64,000 nt of DNA from Octopus sinensis (taxonomy: Eukaryota). The stretch spans positions 95,790,001-95,854,000 of the forward strand of contig NC_043005.1 in the NCBI RefSeq assembly GCF_006345805.1, written 5' to 3'. This document shows, in pieces, positions 12,990 through 25,310 of the stretch. The notes beneath the pieces were generated by a model. That model made no database searches. It was given only the letters and a program-made list of their open reading frames with translations, and was not told the DNA's origin. Both the position numbers and the translations under genes were made by a program. Numbering within the stretch: the stretch's first letter is position 1; every line of letters begins with the position of its first letter.

Positions 12990-14830
12990 TCTTTTTATGG
13001 GCCTGAGAAAATTTTTTGTTTATTTTGTTTTTGTCATGAAAGTAATGACAGTGCCCATAAACTTCTGCAGGCCTTCTCATACTGATCAGGTTTGAGGGAT
13101 TGATGTCCAGCTTGATCTTTTGCAAGTTTATGTCTTGAATGGAAAACAGGAAGATAGAGAAAATTTCAGAGAGTTGCAGGTCTGTAAAGGAAAGAATAGA
13201 GCAAGTGCTCAGTGCAGGTTTAGTGAGCAACACCATAGAGTTGAGTATACAGCTGATTTGTTCAGTCATGCAGGAAATATTGTATTTGCAGAAGAAACAG
13301 GGAGCAGTATTAATGGCAAAACCAGGGTGGTGAGTGATAGTTTATTAAACATACAGTATCGTATTGTCTTCCTTGAGATTTAGTCTACAACATATTATTC
13401 ACTGCACCTTTTCATTGCCAACTCCGACACCTACGGTTGGCCTCCCAAATTGGATACTACAAAAACTGAGCAAAATTAATGTTTGTACTCAGAAACTATT
13501 CAACAGCAACCAAATGAAAAAAAATTAAATTTTCCTTGCAAGGAAGTTGTCATGGCCCTGACCCTTTTGATCAAGGCCATCCTTGTTCTGTGATATAAGC
13601 TTTCTACTTTAGAGTGATCTGCATTAAAACTTTCCCTCAAAATTTTATGTCAATTTACGTTCTGAACACCAAAGGGGTTTTACTAAATTCTTCATTATTC
13701 TCAGAATTAACTGAAACAAGGGCCAACAGAAATATGATAGCAAAAAGGTGTTCAGTCAATATTAACATTACATGAGGCTCAGATTGTAATACTGAAGTAA
13801 CATCTCCAGCAGCAGAAAAAGTGTCAACAACTGTCTGAATCAAGTTTGCAATCATGAAAAATTAATTTTAAGATAGCTGATGAACTTGTGGAAAGTTATA
13901 AAATAAAAGCTGACATTGATCTCTCCAAAGAACATTGGAAAACTGTATTTAAGGCAACAGAATATTCCAAAAATAGTTTGATGAGAAGGTTGCACATAGC
14001 TACTTGAAATGAAAAAACAAACCACAGAGGAAATAAACTACAGTGAGAACCTGGCATAGGTTATTTTCATAGTCGAGGAGCAATAAGTCCTCACCAAGTA
14101 TCTTCTAGCAACACCACAAGTGTAGGTTATGCCAAACTAATATTGAAGACATTATGTATATGTCACTGCCAACTGTAAGAGAACATCTTTGAGACACTAC
14201 CTTCTGAGGAGGTGTGATGTAGTAGCCAGAGCAATCTGGAATAGAGTGGGACATGAGTAACAACCAATAATGGTAGACATATTGAGACCAGTAGATCAAA
14301 CAAATATTTGGTGGAATTTCCAGAATAAAAATAGCAATCAAACTGAAATGCAACCAGCTTGATATTGTTGTTAAGGACCACAAAAAGAAAATCATACTTT
14401 GTTGTGAAGTCAGCTGATTACTTTTGGCAAGAAAAATAGAGGTGCCCAAAATAGACTTTCAGGTTTAGACACATCATTATTGGAATGACAAGATATGTAC
14501 CAAGCCATCGGAATCAACATGTGGTTGAGTTTGGATTGTTGGTGAAGGACAAAAACTCCATAATTCATAGGCTATTGATGATCATAATATCTAGGTTGAA
14601 ATAAATCAGCAAGACTTTGCTAAGCGTTAACTGGTGCAGAAAAGATGTTAACAAAAATCTAAAGATCACCAAAGTTTTGAAGCAGAGAATAGGATTGGCG
14701 AAATAACTTGCAGATTCTTACTGTATCCATAGTTCAGTTTAAAACGATGAAGGTCAGTTGTTATGCAGAGTTGACATTCCAGAGGGTGCATTCTTGGGTA
14801 AAGTGTTCAATGTGAATTTTAGTTAATGAA
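12990..14830 (+). mobile_element. Degenerate R4/Dong-like non-LTR retrotransposon (restriction-like endonuclease type)
   Basis: Relic zinc knuckle KCRLCQTNIEDIMY near 14117 and NQLDIVVKDHKKK near 14352 (PD-type nuclease motif). Many stops and frameshifts; boundaries approximate. Confidence 0.6.
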
Positions 14831-17469
14831 ATACTGTAGAAGTAGGTGACACACGGATGGATTTACATTGAGGTGATACTTTACATTCAACAAGTTTAGA
14901 AGAGTAGAAACCAATGTTGTAACTATAGAAAAGACAGACAGGATGCAAGAGACAGTGTAGTAGTTGTTGAATATTGATGTGGTAAGATTGTGTGTCAGGT
15001 ATTGGGGTTGGGGCAAAGAGAGTATGCAGTTCAAAATCAGGATCATGTGTGATAGGGTGCTGTCTCAGATGTATACACAATCGCTTGCACTTGAATACAC
15101 ATATAACGTGTTGTGGGTGTATGTGTCTATTCATTATGTGGAGATAGCATGGTCAAATGGTTAAGAAGTTCACTGTGAGGATGTTTGGGGAAACACCTTT
15201 TACCAAAGCCTTATATCGTGTGAGTGAAATTGGGGAGACAGAAATTATGCAGAAGTCCTTTGCCTGGAATATACTTTGTCACACCCTGTATCACACTGAT
15301 TCCAGTTGACGTCAAGGATATTATATATGTGGAATACTCAGCCACAATGCAAATTCAGTGAGTGTTGTCATAGATGTAATAACTAGAAGGTAGAAAGCAG
15401 AAAGATAGTTCGAGGAGGAAATATTCATCCTTCCCCATTTCTTAGTATATTTGTATACTTTAAAAAGAGATCATGAACTGTCTGTATGTGAAACCCTTAA
15501 ACAAGAGCACAGTGTTTACGTACCTTAATTATATCGTTAATTGTTTTAACTCACTATCATAGTTTTTGTGTTTATTTATCACGGCATGATAAAATTGTTC
15601 AATTATGGAAGAGATAATCTTTTAATTTACTTTGCTCTTTATTCATTTATTTGTATATTTAATAATCTTTTACTTGAGATAAGAACAAATTGTCATTAGG
15701 ATATTTTACATTTCATATCTAAAGAAACATTGAGTATATAATTACATAGCAAATAATGTTTGCTTAACATTATCAAATCAATATATTTCACAGTTGTATT
15801 TGTTTGTTTCAACCTGAAAATATGGAATTGTTTGACAAAACTTACGCTTTATTAGTGATTTGTTAATTTAATACCCTAGCTTTATTTATGTATTTATTTA
15901 TTTATATATTTACTTATTTATTCACTTGGCTACATGAATGGTTTCTTTTTACTATGAAATGTTGACCGCTGGCCAGCAACCCAAGCAAGTTATCTTTTAA
16001 ATAAAATTAAAGATCAAACTTATATTGTTTGTGATGTACTGGTGTACCACATAGCTAGCTGAACTACTGCACGTATACAATGAGATATGTCACTGTATCA
16101 CCACAAATCAATAACTGTTTCAACTTGGTGTGATTCACACACTGTTTAGTACAGGAAACTATGTATGTAGGGGATATATAGATGAAATTAGGCCAATTCT
16201 TGAGTTTGTGTAGGAAAGCACGAAAATTTACCAGGAATACATTGAAGATTAATACAAACAACAATATGCTGGATATTGTCGTATCATCTAGTAAAAAGAA
16301 AGACTCAGATTAACAACCCACCAATTAATTTTTACTAACAGTACTTCTGTCTATGTGTATGTGGAGAGAGAGTGAGAGAGCAATTATCAGTGGTGTAACA
16401 ATTATCTTTTACTAGTATATTTAAGCCATCAAAAGTGATGGTATTTTAAAAGACATCAGTTAAAAATGATATATAATAAATGCATTCATTATATTTTATA
16501 TAGTATAATTTTATTATTTATGAATTCCTATTGAGGTAAAACAATAAAAACTTTTATATTTAAATGTTGATATATTTTTTCATACATATAATGAAAGTTT
16601 TTGTTTTTTTTTATATTCATGACTTATACCAAGGAATGCAAAAAATGTTTGCTGTGTCTACTGCCCACCATTTATTTACTTTGATGCTTGTGTGAATAGT
16701 ATCACCTACAAAATCCCTTGAAAATTTACAAAGAAGGCCTCCTAAAAGAGTCAAACAGAGAGAGCCAATATAGTCCTTTATGTTAATTCTACCACTGAAA
16801 CATGTAATAAAAAGATTATGTAAATATTGATAGTGAGGCAGAAAAGAAATATATATATAATCTAGAAGGTACACTTGCACCTTTCTTTCTGTTGTATTTT
16901 TGCCAATAATGCTGACAAAGTGAGCTACCTGCTTTTATCAAGCAATTAGGCCTTTCAACTCATATAATTACTGGCAGCTGGCTTTCTGAAGCACATATAC
17001 ATTATATAAAGCATTAATACAAATTATATTTTCTGCGTTCTTTATATAACTTTCTGCATGAGACAAACAAATAAATTAAAAAGTTGGAAAACTATTAGGG
17101 CATGAGATATTTCCATTTACTTCTGGTGTTTCAGTATTTATTATGTGTATGTATGCAAGTATATATGTGCGTGTCTGAATATGTGTTGGTGTGTGAGATT
17201 CTCTACTTTCACAATCTCTTTCTTTTCCCTCCCATCATTTGCCTCTCTTTCTCCCCCCCCCTTTTTTTTTCATGCCTTCTCCTGTCAATCTTCACTCCAC
17301 CTTACCTAGCACACTTACACCTTTCACTCAGCTCATCCTCTTTGAAGATGACTCTTTTTTTCTGTCTCCTTTTTCCTACTGCTATGCTTTAGTAAGGGAG
17401 AAAAGATATATATATATATACATATATGAATAAAAAATGGAGTTAACGCAGGTGTAAACAAATATTTTT

Positions 17470-17555
17470 ACTTTCAACACATGTTTCGAAAATTCCACTG
17501 ATACTATTCAAAAGAATAAATGGTATAAACAATGCAATCTTCTCTTCTGGTAAGT
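17470..17555 (-). ncRNA. Second, more decayed copy of the PLE hammerhead motif (core CAGAAGA, triplet GTT)
   Basis: Lies in the inverted copy and is the reverse complement of 18524-18609 with a few substitutions. Confidence 0.45.
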
Positions 17556-17608
17556 GAAAAAAAACGAAACTCATCAATACGACATTTTAGCAAAAAAGTA
17601 ATTACGCT

Positions 17609-18322
17609 ATGAATACTAGTAAAAATATTTGGTTAATAATTCCTTACGGGAGACAAATTAAATCTAATCTCCCACTGCTGTTTCGTCAAGCTATTGCTAG
17701 GAATTTTCCAAACAATTCTAGATATTATTCTATAATTAATTCACATAAGGTTAGGATAGGTTTTTCAAACACAAAAAATCTCTTGCAAATTATATCTTCT
17801 CATAATAGCAAACTGTTAAATATTAATACATTTACTAATACTAACATTAATTTAGCTAATACCATCCAACCCTCTAGAAATATTAATAACAAGGTTATTG
17901 TATCTGAAGGCAATTCCAGTAGAATTAAATTTATGTCAAGTAACTCTAAGATTAAAAATTCTATATACCAGTGTATAATCACTACTCGTAATAAAGTACG
18001 ATTTTACATTGGAAGCACATCGTTAGAGTTACCTAAAAGAATTTCTATCCTTCACTCAACATTTAGGGATAGAAATAAACGGAATAGTACCGGTCTCAGC
18101 AAACTGATTTGGGATTTAAAAGACCACAATGAACAATTTCATTTAGAATGGTTGATCCTCTCAATTTCGATACCATATGACAAAGGCAAGAAATTCTGTC
18201 TTCTCTGCAATTCTGAGCTATTTTTCATTATTTTTTCTAAAAATACTCTAGTAAACACGGTTATAGAGCGAGCATACAGATGTAAGCATTGGCAAAAACA
18301 TACAATTAGTGCATATAAGTAG
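17609..18322 (+). pseudogene. Penelope-like RT-thumb/GIY-YIG endonuclease C-terminal fragment (237 aa open frame)
   Basis: IYQC...FYIGST...KR...LSKLIWDLK...W.IL....PY......CLLCNSE...CKH, typical of PLE GIY-YIG domains; the RT core is absent. Confidence 0.85.
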
Positions 18323-18523
18323 TCTCTATCATTATATATAATTTAAACTTTAATTTCCTTTATATTTAACATTCACTATTAATATCCCTACTCTTTCTGT
18401 TAGCTACTTATGACGTTATATCATATAAGGTTTTTTTAAACAATATTAATAGCGTTCTGTCTATCGCTATACAAATCCATCATTTTTTGCTAAAATGTCG
18501 TATTGACGAGTTTCGTTTTTTTC

Positions 18524-18609
18524 ACTTTCCCGAAGAGAAGATTGCATTGTTTATACCATTTATTCTTTTGAATAGTATCAGTGGAATTTTCGAAACATGT
18601 GTCGAAAGT
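18524..18609 (+). ncRNA. Degenerate type I hammerhead motif in PLE 3' UTR (core CCGAAGA, long stem II)
   Basis: ACTTTC-CCGAAGA-GAAGATT...AATTTTC-GAAAC atgt GTC-GAAAGT. Stems I, II and III pair, but U4 is replaced by C. Confidence 0.6.
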
Positions 18610-18804
18610 AAAAATATTTGTTTACACCTGCGTTAACTCCATTTTTTATTCATATTATTCAAATATTCAACGTAAATACGAAGTTTCTACCTTTATAAAC
18701 AAGGAGTTACAACTACTTTACTTGTGAGATTTTTGCTGCCCTGGTAACTATTTATTTATTTTTACGTGTTAATTGTTAACAAGGTAAAAATACACTCATC
18801 TATT

Positions 18805-18841
<37 letters not shown>

Positions 18842-18844
<3 letters not shown>

Positions 18845-19045
18845 TGCCAGCCTCGTCTGGCACCTGTGTCGGTGGCACATAAAATCACCCACTACACTCT
18901 CGGAGTGGTTGGCGTTAGGAAGGGCATCCAGCTGTAGAAACACTGCCAGATCTGACTGGCCTGGTGCAGCCTTCGGGCTTGCCAGACCCCAGTTGAACCG
19001 TCCAACCCATGCTAGCATGGAAAGCGGACATTAAACAATGATGAT
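18842..19045 (+). mobile_element. RTE 3'-end repeat (family C)
   Basis: GGTTGGCGTTAGGAAGGGCATCCAGC ... AACAATGATGAT tail. Confidence 0.75.
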
Positions 19046-19327
19046 ATATATATATGTATATATATATATACCACCAAGTAAGTTAGGGGTTGTGGATCCA
19101 GCCCACTAAGGGATAATATTTATCCAATATACTGTTGGTATAATACCCAATTATTAATACATAAGTGTTTTTAATTGCAATGCAATAAACTCACTTATTG
19201 TATTTAATGGGTGAAGGTAAAGAAATATTTTATCATTAATTTATATTACAAATAAGAAAATGGAGAAACACATTAGTTGGTTTAGGATATTAAAATGTTG
19301 ACTTGAACCAATTAATACACACACACA

Positions 19328-19541
19328 CAAGGGGGTACTGAAGAGTTCCTGGCTTTAAGTGTATCATGAAAGGCTTGGTTGGAGGGCCAACCTTCCAAGT
19401 TCTTTTACAAGGCTTAGAAAAACTGAAGGACTGCTGCAATATGTGTGTGAATTTGAGAAGGGAACATATTTAATAAAATTATTAATTGATCCTTTTGTAT
19501 TTTCTTTTACCCAAAGCTGGGAACTTTTCAGCACCCCTTTG
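19328..19541 (+). mobile_element. Mariner-derived MITE / internally deleted copy
   Basis: Inverted ends AAGGGGGTACTGAAGAGTTCCTGGCTTT / AAAGCTGGGAACTTTTCAGCACCCCTT. The interior encodes a mariner C-terminal relic, GLEKLKDCCNMCVNLRREHI. Confidence 0.6.
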
Positions 19542-20202
19542 TGCGCGCACACACACACACGTAAATACACAATGAAGTTTATTATAGTAGTTTAGTTACA
19601 GTTTCAAATAAAATAATAGTTCCATTCATTATCTCTATGATTGGGGACTTTTTTTATGGACTCCAAAATATATTTTGAAAATTTAGTTTCTTTCTTTTCT
19701 GTTTTTTTTTTCTTAAGCATTTCTTCTAATCATATTTACTAGCTATGTGAATTCAAGTTCCTTGCTTGAAAATTACTTTCTCAATGTTACAAATTTACTT
19801 TAAAATAGTTGTTTGGTGCTTTTTGAAACTGATCGATTCAGCCTATAATGAAAGATGTTCCAATTGTGACCAACCAGTGTCAGTAACTACATTGTCCAGT
19901 ATGCTTTGTATTTGTCCCCTGTTTTATCTACTCCGCATTTCGTTAAAACAGTCCTTCCTGCAAAGCAAATTAAATAAAAATTTGGGATTTTTTCTGGAGG
20001 GTGAAAGTGGTAACGAAAACAGGACAGTGAGAACAAAACAGTAAAAACAAAAGGAAGATTTGGCAACTATTTCCAACAAGTTGAATGACCATGTAGAAAC
20101 ACCTTTGTTGACCACCAAGAAAAACCCAACATAAAATGATATCTCATAATGGAGAAAATATTGTGAAATAGCAATGTATCAAACTAAGTCTGTCAGAAAA
20201 CA

Positions 20203-20257
<55 letters not shown>

Positions 20258-21442
20258 TGCTTTCTCTCTCTAATTCCCTACTCCCTATATGTATAATATG
20301 GTGTGTGTTTATGTATTACACTATTTCATTCCTTCAGAGATGTGGTTTGTGTAAGAGACAATGTCAGTACTTCTCTGAAGTGGTTGGCAGAAGAGGAAGG
20401 GCTGGCAGTGTTTCACTTACGTATATAGACATACTTACGAAAGCTCCATTAGAACAAGGATTGTTGTTGTTGTTTATATTTGTTGTTCTTATTCCTTCCT
20501 TTGTGATGATTCCATTTCTACATAAGTTTTATATGTTATCCAATAACTAAAATTGCTTTGCCTTCATGCAGTCATATGTAATAAATATAATGTCACTGTA
20601 GGAATCTAGAAAGCTTACATGAGAATATATTCAGATAAAGCAGCACCACCACTGTGAGAATTTTAAAAGCAAGGGTACTTATTATTGATATCAGTATCAT
20701 CTCCAAAGGAGCAAAGCGGGCAGTCTGTCTTAGCTGTTGAAAGCCATAAATGGCTGATTTGTTAGGATGAAGGCCACTAGTTAAGGTTTCAGTTTGTATT
20801 CTAGTGTCAATGCTCTACTATCTGCAGCAAAGATATTTAACACTTTCTGTGCAATAAAGGTTATTGAATCAGCTTGACCAGACAGACCTGACAGCTACAA
20901 CCATCCCATTTTTTCCCAGGCAATTGTTAGTGTAGGACTACATTATCCAATGTACCTTCCCTTTTTCTTGATGATAGGGTTTAATTTGAAGGAAATTTAG
21001 CTGTTACTTCCAGTAAGTTGAATGACTATGTATAGGGTCGCTTTTTTTGGTTCATCTATCCATCTATATGTGTATACTATGGAAAGGTACAAATCGCTGA
21101 GGTGTTGTATAACTAAAGTTTCTCTGGTTTGAAATGCTAAACACAGATCCATCCACTAGCGCAAAGTTCTTCACCTTTTTATAATTCTATGTCTCCTTCA
21201 CAGATTGCTGCAATCAACATCCCTACAACTAGTCCTATTAGACTTCAAAATACATCAGTTGTTTGTTTTTACTTTCATCACCGTTGTTTTAATGTTCACT
21301 TCTTCATTCTTGCATGATATGGATGGAGTTTATTGGGGCAGATACTCTATCACCAGATGCCTTTCTTGTTACCAACCTCTACTTGTTTCCAAGTAAAGTA
21401 ATCGTACCCTTTGGACAGGCATGTTTCTTCAGAATATTGGGA

Positions 21443-21609
21443 GCTACACTCTCGGAGTGGTTGGCGTTAGGAAGGGCATCCAGCTGTAGAAACTCTGCCA
21501 GATCAAGATTGGAGCCTAGTGCAGCCATCTGGTTCGCCAGCCCTCAGTCCAAATCATCCAACTCGTGCTAGCATAGAAGGCAGACGTTAAACGATGATGA
21601 TGATGATGA
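21443..21609 (+). mobile_element. RTE 3'-end repeat (family C)
   Basis: Same motif with a (GAT)n tail. Confidence 0.75.
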
Positions 21610-21715
21610 ATGACACTGCATGTATGACAGTGACACATATTTACAACTTTTGTGTTATGTCAAGACAAGGAGATACAAAATATACACACTCACTCACACA
21701 TATATACTTATGAAG

Positions 21716-21872
21716 GGCTCTTTCAGTTTCCATCTGCCAAATCCACACGCAAGGCTTTGGTTAGCTTGGGGCTATAGTGGAAGACACTTGCCCAAGGTGC
21801 CATGTACTGGGATTAAACCCCCAAATCATTTGGTTAGGAAATAAACTTCTTAACCACACTGCCAAGCCTGTG
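21716..21872 (-). mobile_element. SINE family A, head-only diverged copy
   Basis: Reverse-complement similarity to the 5' half of the 2853 copy. Confidence 0.6.
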
Positions 21873-22711
21873 CACATACACTTCATATATGGGAATCCAG
21901 GTACAGAAATCATAAGGAATTTGTCATGTATATTTAGAGAAAATGATAGTAGATTTAGACTGTCATACTCCCAAACTTTGAATCCCATACCTCCAAGGAA
22001 AATGGGGACCAGATTCAGAATCACTGGATTACTACAACTAATTAGAGGAAGGGAGATGTCTCTCAACCATTAAATTCTATGAACTATGCTCTAAAAACTT
22101 AATATTTGTTGCCTCATACACCAGAAAGAAAAAAATCTAAGAGATGATTTCTTTCAAGTTTTTTGTCCTTACTCATTGCCTTAGACTTACCTTTTTCTCC
22201 ATCAGTACCATCACCTTAATTGATTGAGTTATAATTAAGTGAATGAACATCTGAAGCATTTAAGTCAGTGGTTAAATCTTGGTTGCTTTGGGTGCCAAAT
22301 CTTGAGTGCTATGGTAGACATCCTGTCTGCTCACTAAATATGGAATGATGAGAGCTGTGGTATATTGTGATTAGTGAAAGACAGCATGCCTGACATTAAT
22401 TAGAAAATAAACTTGAACATTGTTTTACAAATGATGTATTTTTAAATGACAGTTTCCTGTGTTCATAAATAGTGTAGAAAATGTTAAATAGATAGAAACA
22501 GTGCATAAATGTATATAAATTCACCATGGTTTGACTAGCTGCTTCCATGCCAAAATCTATTCAATGGAAGTTGCTCAACAATAGAAACTTTATGATGTTT
22601 CATTGTATTATACATATTGAGTACTTTAAGCTAGAAATATATACTGTAGCTATTTATTTGAATTCTTTTCCAGTTTTTTGTAATATTGTTTCTTTTTTAT
22701 ATTTTTTTCAG

Positions 22712-22797
22712 ATGTTAATGGAAATGGGAAACAGTCGTGCAAGAGCTGTTTATGAAGCTAACATTCCCGATAATTTCCGAAGACCGCAGACAGATTC
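22712..22797 (+). CDS. SMAP1: SMAP-family ArfGAP, internal coding exon (probable exon 3): MLMEMGNSRARAVYEANIPDNFRRPQTD(S)
   Basis: Follows the polypyrimidine tract TTTTTTTCAG (AG 22710-22711). Continues the previous exon in frame and matches SMAP MGN-A--YEA-P--FRRPQ-D; 86 nt ending in phase 2 at GTATCC. Confidence 0.95.
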
Positions 22798-22864
22798 GTA
22801 TCCTTTTTTTTTTTGTGAAAAACACTCAGACTGAAAGCGTATTTCTCAATTTTAATTTCAATTA

Positions 22865-24049
22865 CGAGGGACGTTCAATAAGTAATGCCTCTGACCCACT
22901 TGAAATTTTGCATGTGCAATCATTTATATCTCTATAGAGTAAGTGGCAAATTACAGCTCTGAATTAATTGTGGTTTCTGATTTACAGGTGTTTGAACCGA
23001 GTCAAGTGTGAAATGGAGCCTGTTGAGTGTCGAGCAGTGATCCGGTTTTTGTATTTGAAAGGACGCACACCACTGGAGACTTTTGATGAAATGAAAGTAA
23101 CTTATGGTGATGATGCCCCATCATATGACCTTGTAAAACGCTGGCATCGTGAATTCAAACATGGTCGGAACTCTGTGGAAACAGCTCCCAGATCTGGTCG
23201 CCCCCTTCTGCCATTGATGAGGCATCTGTCTGTCAAGTTGAGGCTGCCATTTTGGAAGATCGACGCATAATTATTTGCCAAATAGCCCATGAGGTCAAGA
23301 TTAGTACTGGGTCTGTGGAAACTATCATTCATGACCATTTGCATATGCAAAAGGTGTCTGCCAGATGGATTCCCAGGTTGCTCACGCCTTTCCAGAAGCA
23401 AGAACGCGTCGAGTGCTTGAGGGTGAATTTGGAGATGTGCCAAGAAGATGAGTCAAAATTTTTCAAAAGACTGATTACACAGGATGAAACCTGGGTCCAT
23501 CACGATGATCCAGAGACCAAAGCCCAGTCAATGCAGTGGAAGCACCGTGACTCACCCCCTCCAAAGAAGGCAAGGGTGCAGCCCTCCGCTGGCAAGGTCA
23601 TGCTCACAGTCTTCTGGGACCAGGACGGAGTAGTGATGACAGATTTCCTGGCAAAGGGTACCATCCTCCTCCTGCAGGACAACGCTCCGGTCCACAACTC
23701 GCTTGTCGCCAGATCAGAAGCACAGGCATATGGTTATGAACTCCTCCCCATCCCCCCTACTTTCCTGACCTTGCACCCTCTGATTTTCACCTCTTCCCAA
23801 TCATGAAGTTGTTTTTGAAAGGAAAGCGTTTCCCAGATGATGCAGCCTTGATTTCTGAAGTCACGTTGAGGTTGGAGGACAAAGCTGGGTTCTTCTACAA
23901 AAACGGTCTCCAGAGCCGCATCAAACGATGGGAGAAATGCGTAACTCTGGGTGGTTCCTATGTAGAAAAAGACTAATAACTGTGCCAAGTTTCGTTGCTC
24001 TACTGCTATGGGAAGTGGGTCAGGGGCATTACTTATTGAACGCCCCTCG
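22865..24049 (+). mobile_element. Mariner (Tc1/mariner, irritans-like) transposon, defective
   Basis: TIRs CGAGGGACGTTCAATAAGTAATGCC / GGCATTACTTATTGAACGCCCCTCG flanked by TA at 22863-22864 and 24050-24051; 1185 bp. Confidence 0.93.
23013..23976 (+). pseudogene. Mariner transposase pseudogene
   Basis: MEPVECRAVIRFL...PRSGRP, WIPRLLT, ITQDETWVHH, LLQDNAP and PDLAPSDF, spread over three frames. There is an internal deletion between AKGT and ILLLQDNA. Confidence 0.9.
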
Positions 24050-24648
24050 TACAAACACTATTTAAAACTAAACCATCACACATATAAAACTGGTACATTC
24101 TCACAAAAGGATAAGATATTGGGCTATTGGCTGTTGCATCATGAATTTGTATACCGCTGTATGGCTATAGTTGAACCACTGTACGGCTATAGTTGAAGAC
24201 ACTTGTCTGAGGTTCCACACAGTGGCACTGAACCCAAAACCATGTGATTGGGGAGCTAACTTCTTAACCACACAGGCATGTGTTTGTGTATGAGTGTGTG
24301 TATAAAAATATACATACTCATACACACACACATACATATATGTGTGTGTGTATGTGTGTATATATATATCATCATCGTTTAATTTCTGTCATCCATGCAT
24401 GTATAGGTAGGATGGTTGACTGGAGCCGACCATGTCTGTTTTGGCAGAGTTTTTACAGCTGGATGCCCTTCCTAACACCAACCACTCTGCAGGATGGACT
24501 GAATGCTTTTTACGTGGTACCAGCACAGACAAGGTCAATTTTGGCATGATTTTTACAGCTGAATGCCCTGCCAAATGCCAACCACTGTACACACACACAC
24601 ACACAAGATTTGTCAGGCCAAGTGAGATTATAGTTGTGGCCTTTTTTG

Positions 24649-24900
24649 GTGTCATGTAAATGGCACCCGTGAAATCAGTGATGGCCATTGCCAGTGCCAT
24701 GTAAATAGCAGCTGTGAAATTGGAGTTGGGCCATCGCAATGGCACCCATGAATCGTAGTCATTGGCAGTGCCATGTAAATGGCACCTGTGAATTGTTGTG
24801 GCCATGGTCAGTGCCATCTAAATGGCACCCATGAATTGTAGCAATGGTCATTGCCAGTGCCATGTAAATAGCACCTGTGAATCGTAGTCAAGGTCATTGC
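24649..24900. repeat. About 6 degenerate 35-46 bp tandem units, each with a GTGCCAT-gtaa-ATGGCAC hairpin
   Basis: TGCCATGTAAAT-like cores start at 24650, 24695, about 24730, 24769, 24812 and 24858. Lies between two oppositely oriented family C copies. Confidence 0.8.
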
Positions 24901-25078
24901 TGCCAGTGGCACATAAAAGCACCCATTACACTCCTGGAGCAGTTGGCGTTAGGAAGGGCGTCCAACTGTAGAAACCTTGCCAAGTCAGACTGGGGCCTGG
25001 TGTAGCTCTCTGGCTTATCAGCTTCAATCAAACTGTGTAACCCATGCCAGCATTGAAAGTGGACATTAAATGATGATA
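24896..25078 (+). mobile_element. RTE 3'-end repeat (family C)
   Basis: GTTGGCGTTAGGAAGGGCGTCCAAC ... AAATGATGAT tail. Confidence 0.7.
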
Positions 25079-25083
25079 TATAT

Positions 25084-25310
25084 ATTTCTTTACTACCCAC
25101 AAGGGATATAGAAGGGACAATCAAAGACAGACAAAGGGATTGAGTCGATTATATCGACCCTAGTGCTAAACTGGTACTTAATTTATCAACCCTGAAAGGA
25201 TGAAAGGCAAAATCGACCTTGGTGGAATTTGAACTCGGAACTTAACGACAGACGAAATACGGCTACGCATTTCGCCCGACATGCTAACGTTTCTGCCAGC
25301 TCGCCACCTT
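25084..25310 (-). mobile_element. SINE family B
   Basis: Reverse complement of the 33957 and 59924 copies (GAGTTCAAATTCC B box; CCTTTCATCCTTTC-GGGTCGATAAATTAAGTACCAG body). Confidence 0.85.

Larger units (their letters stand above)
17424..18725 (+). mobile_element. 5'-truncated Penelope-like element with inverted copy of its 3' UTR at the 5' end
   Basis: GIY-YIG ORF at 17609-18322; 17424-17597 is the reverse complement of 18483-18655; hammerhead-like motif in the 3' UTR. Confidence 0.85.
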
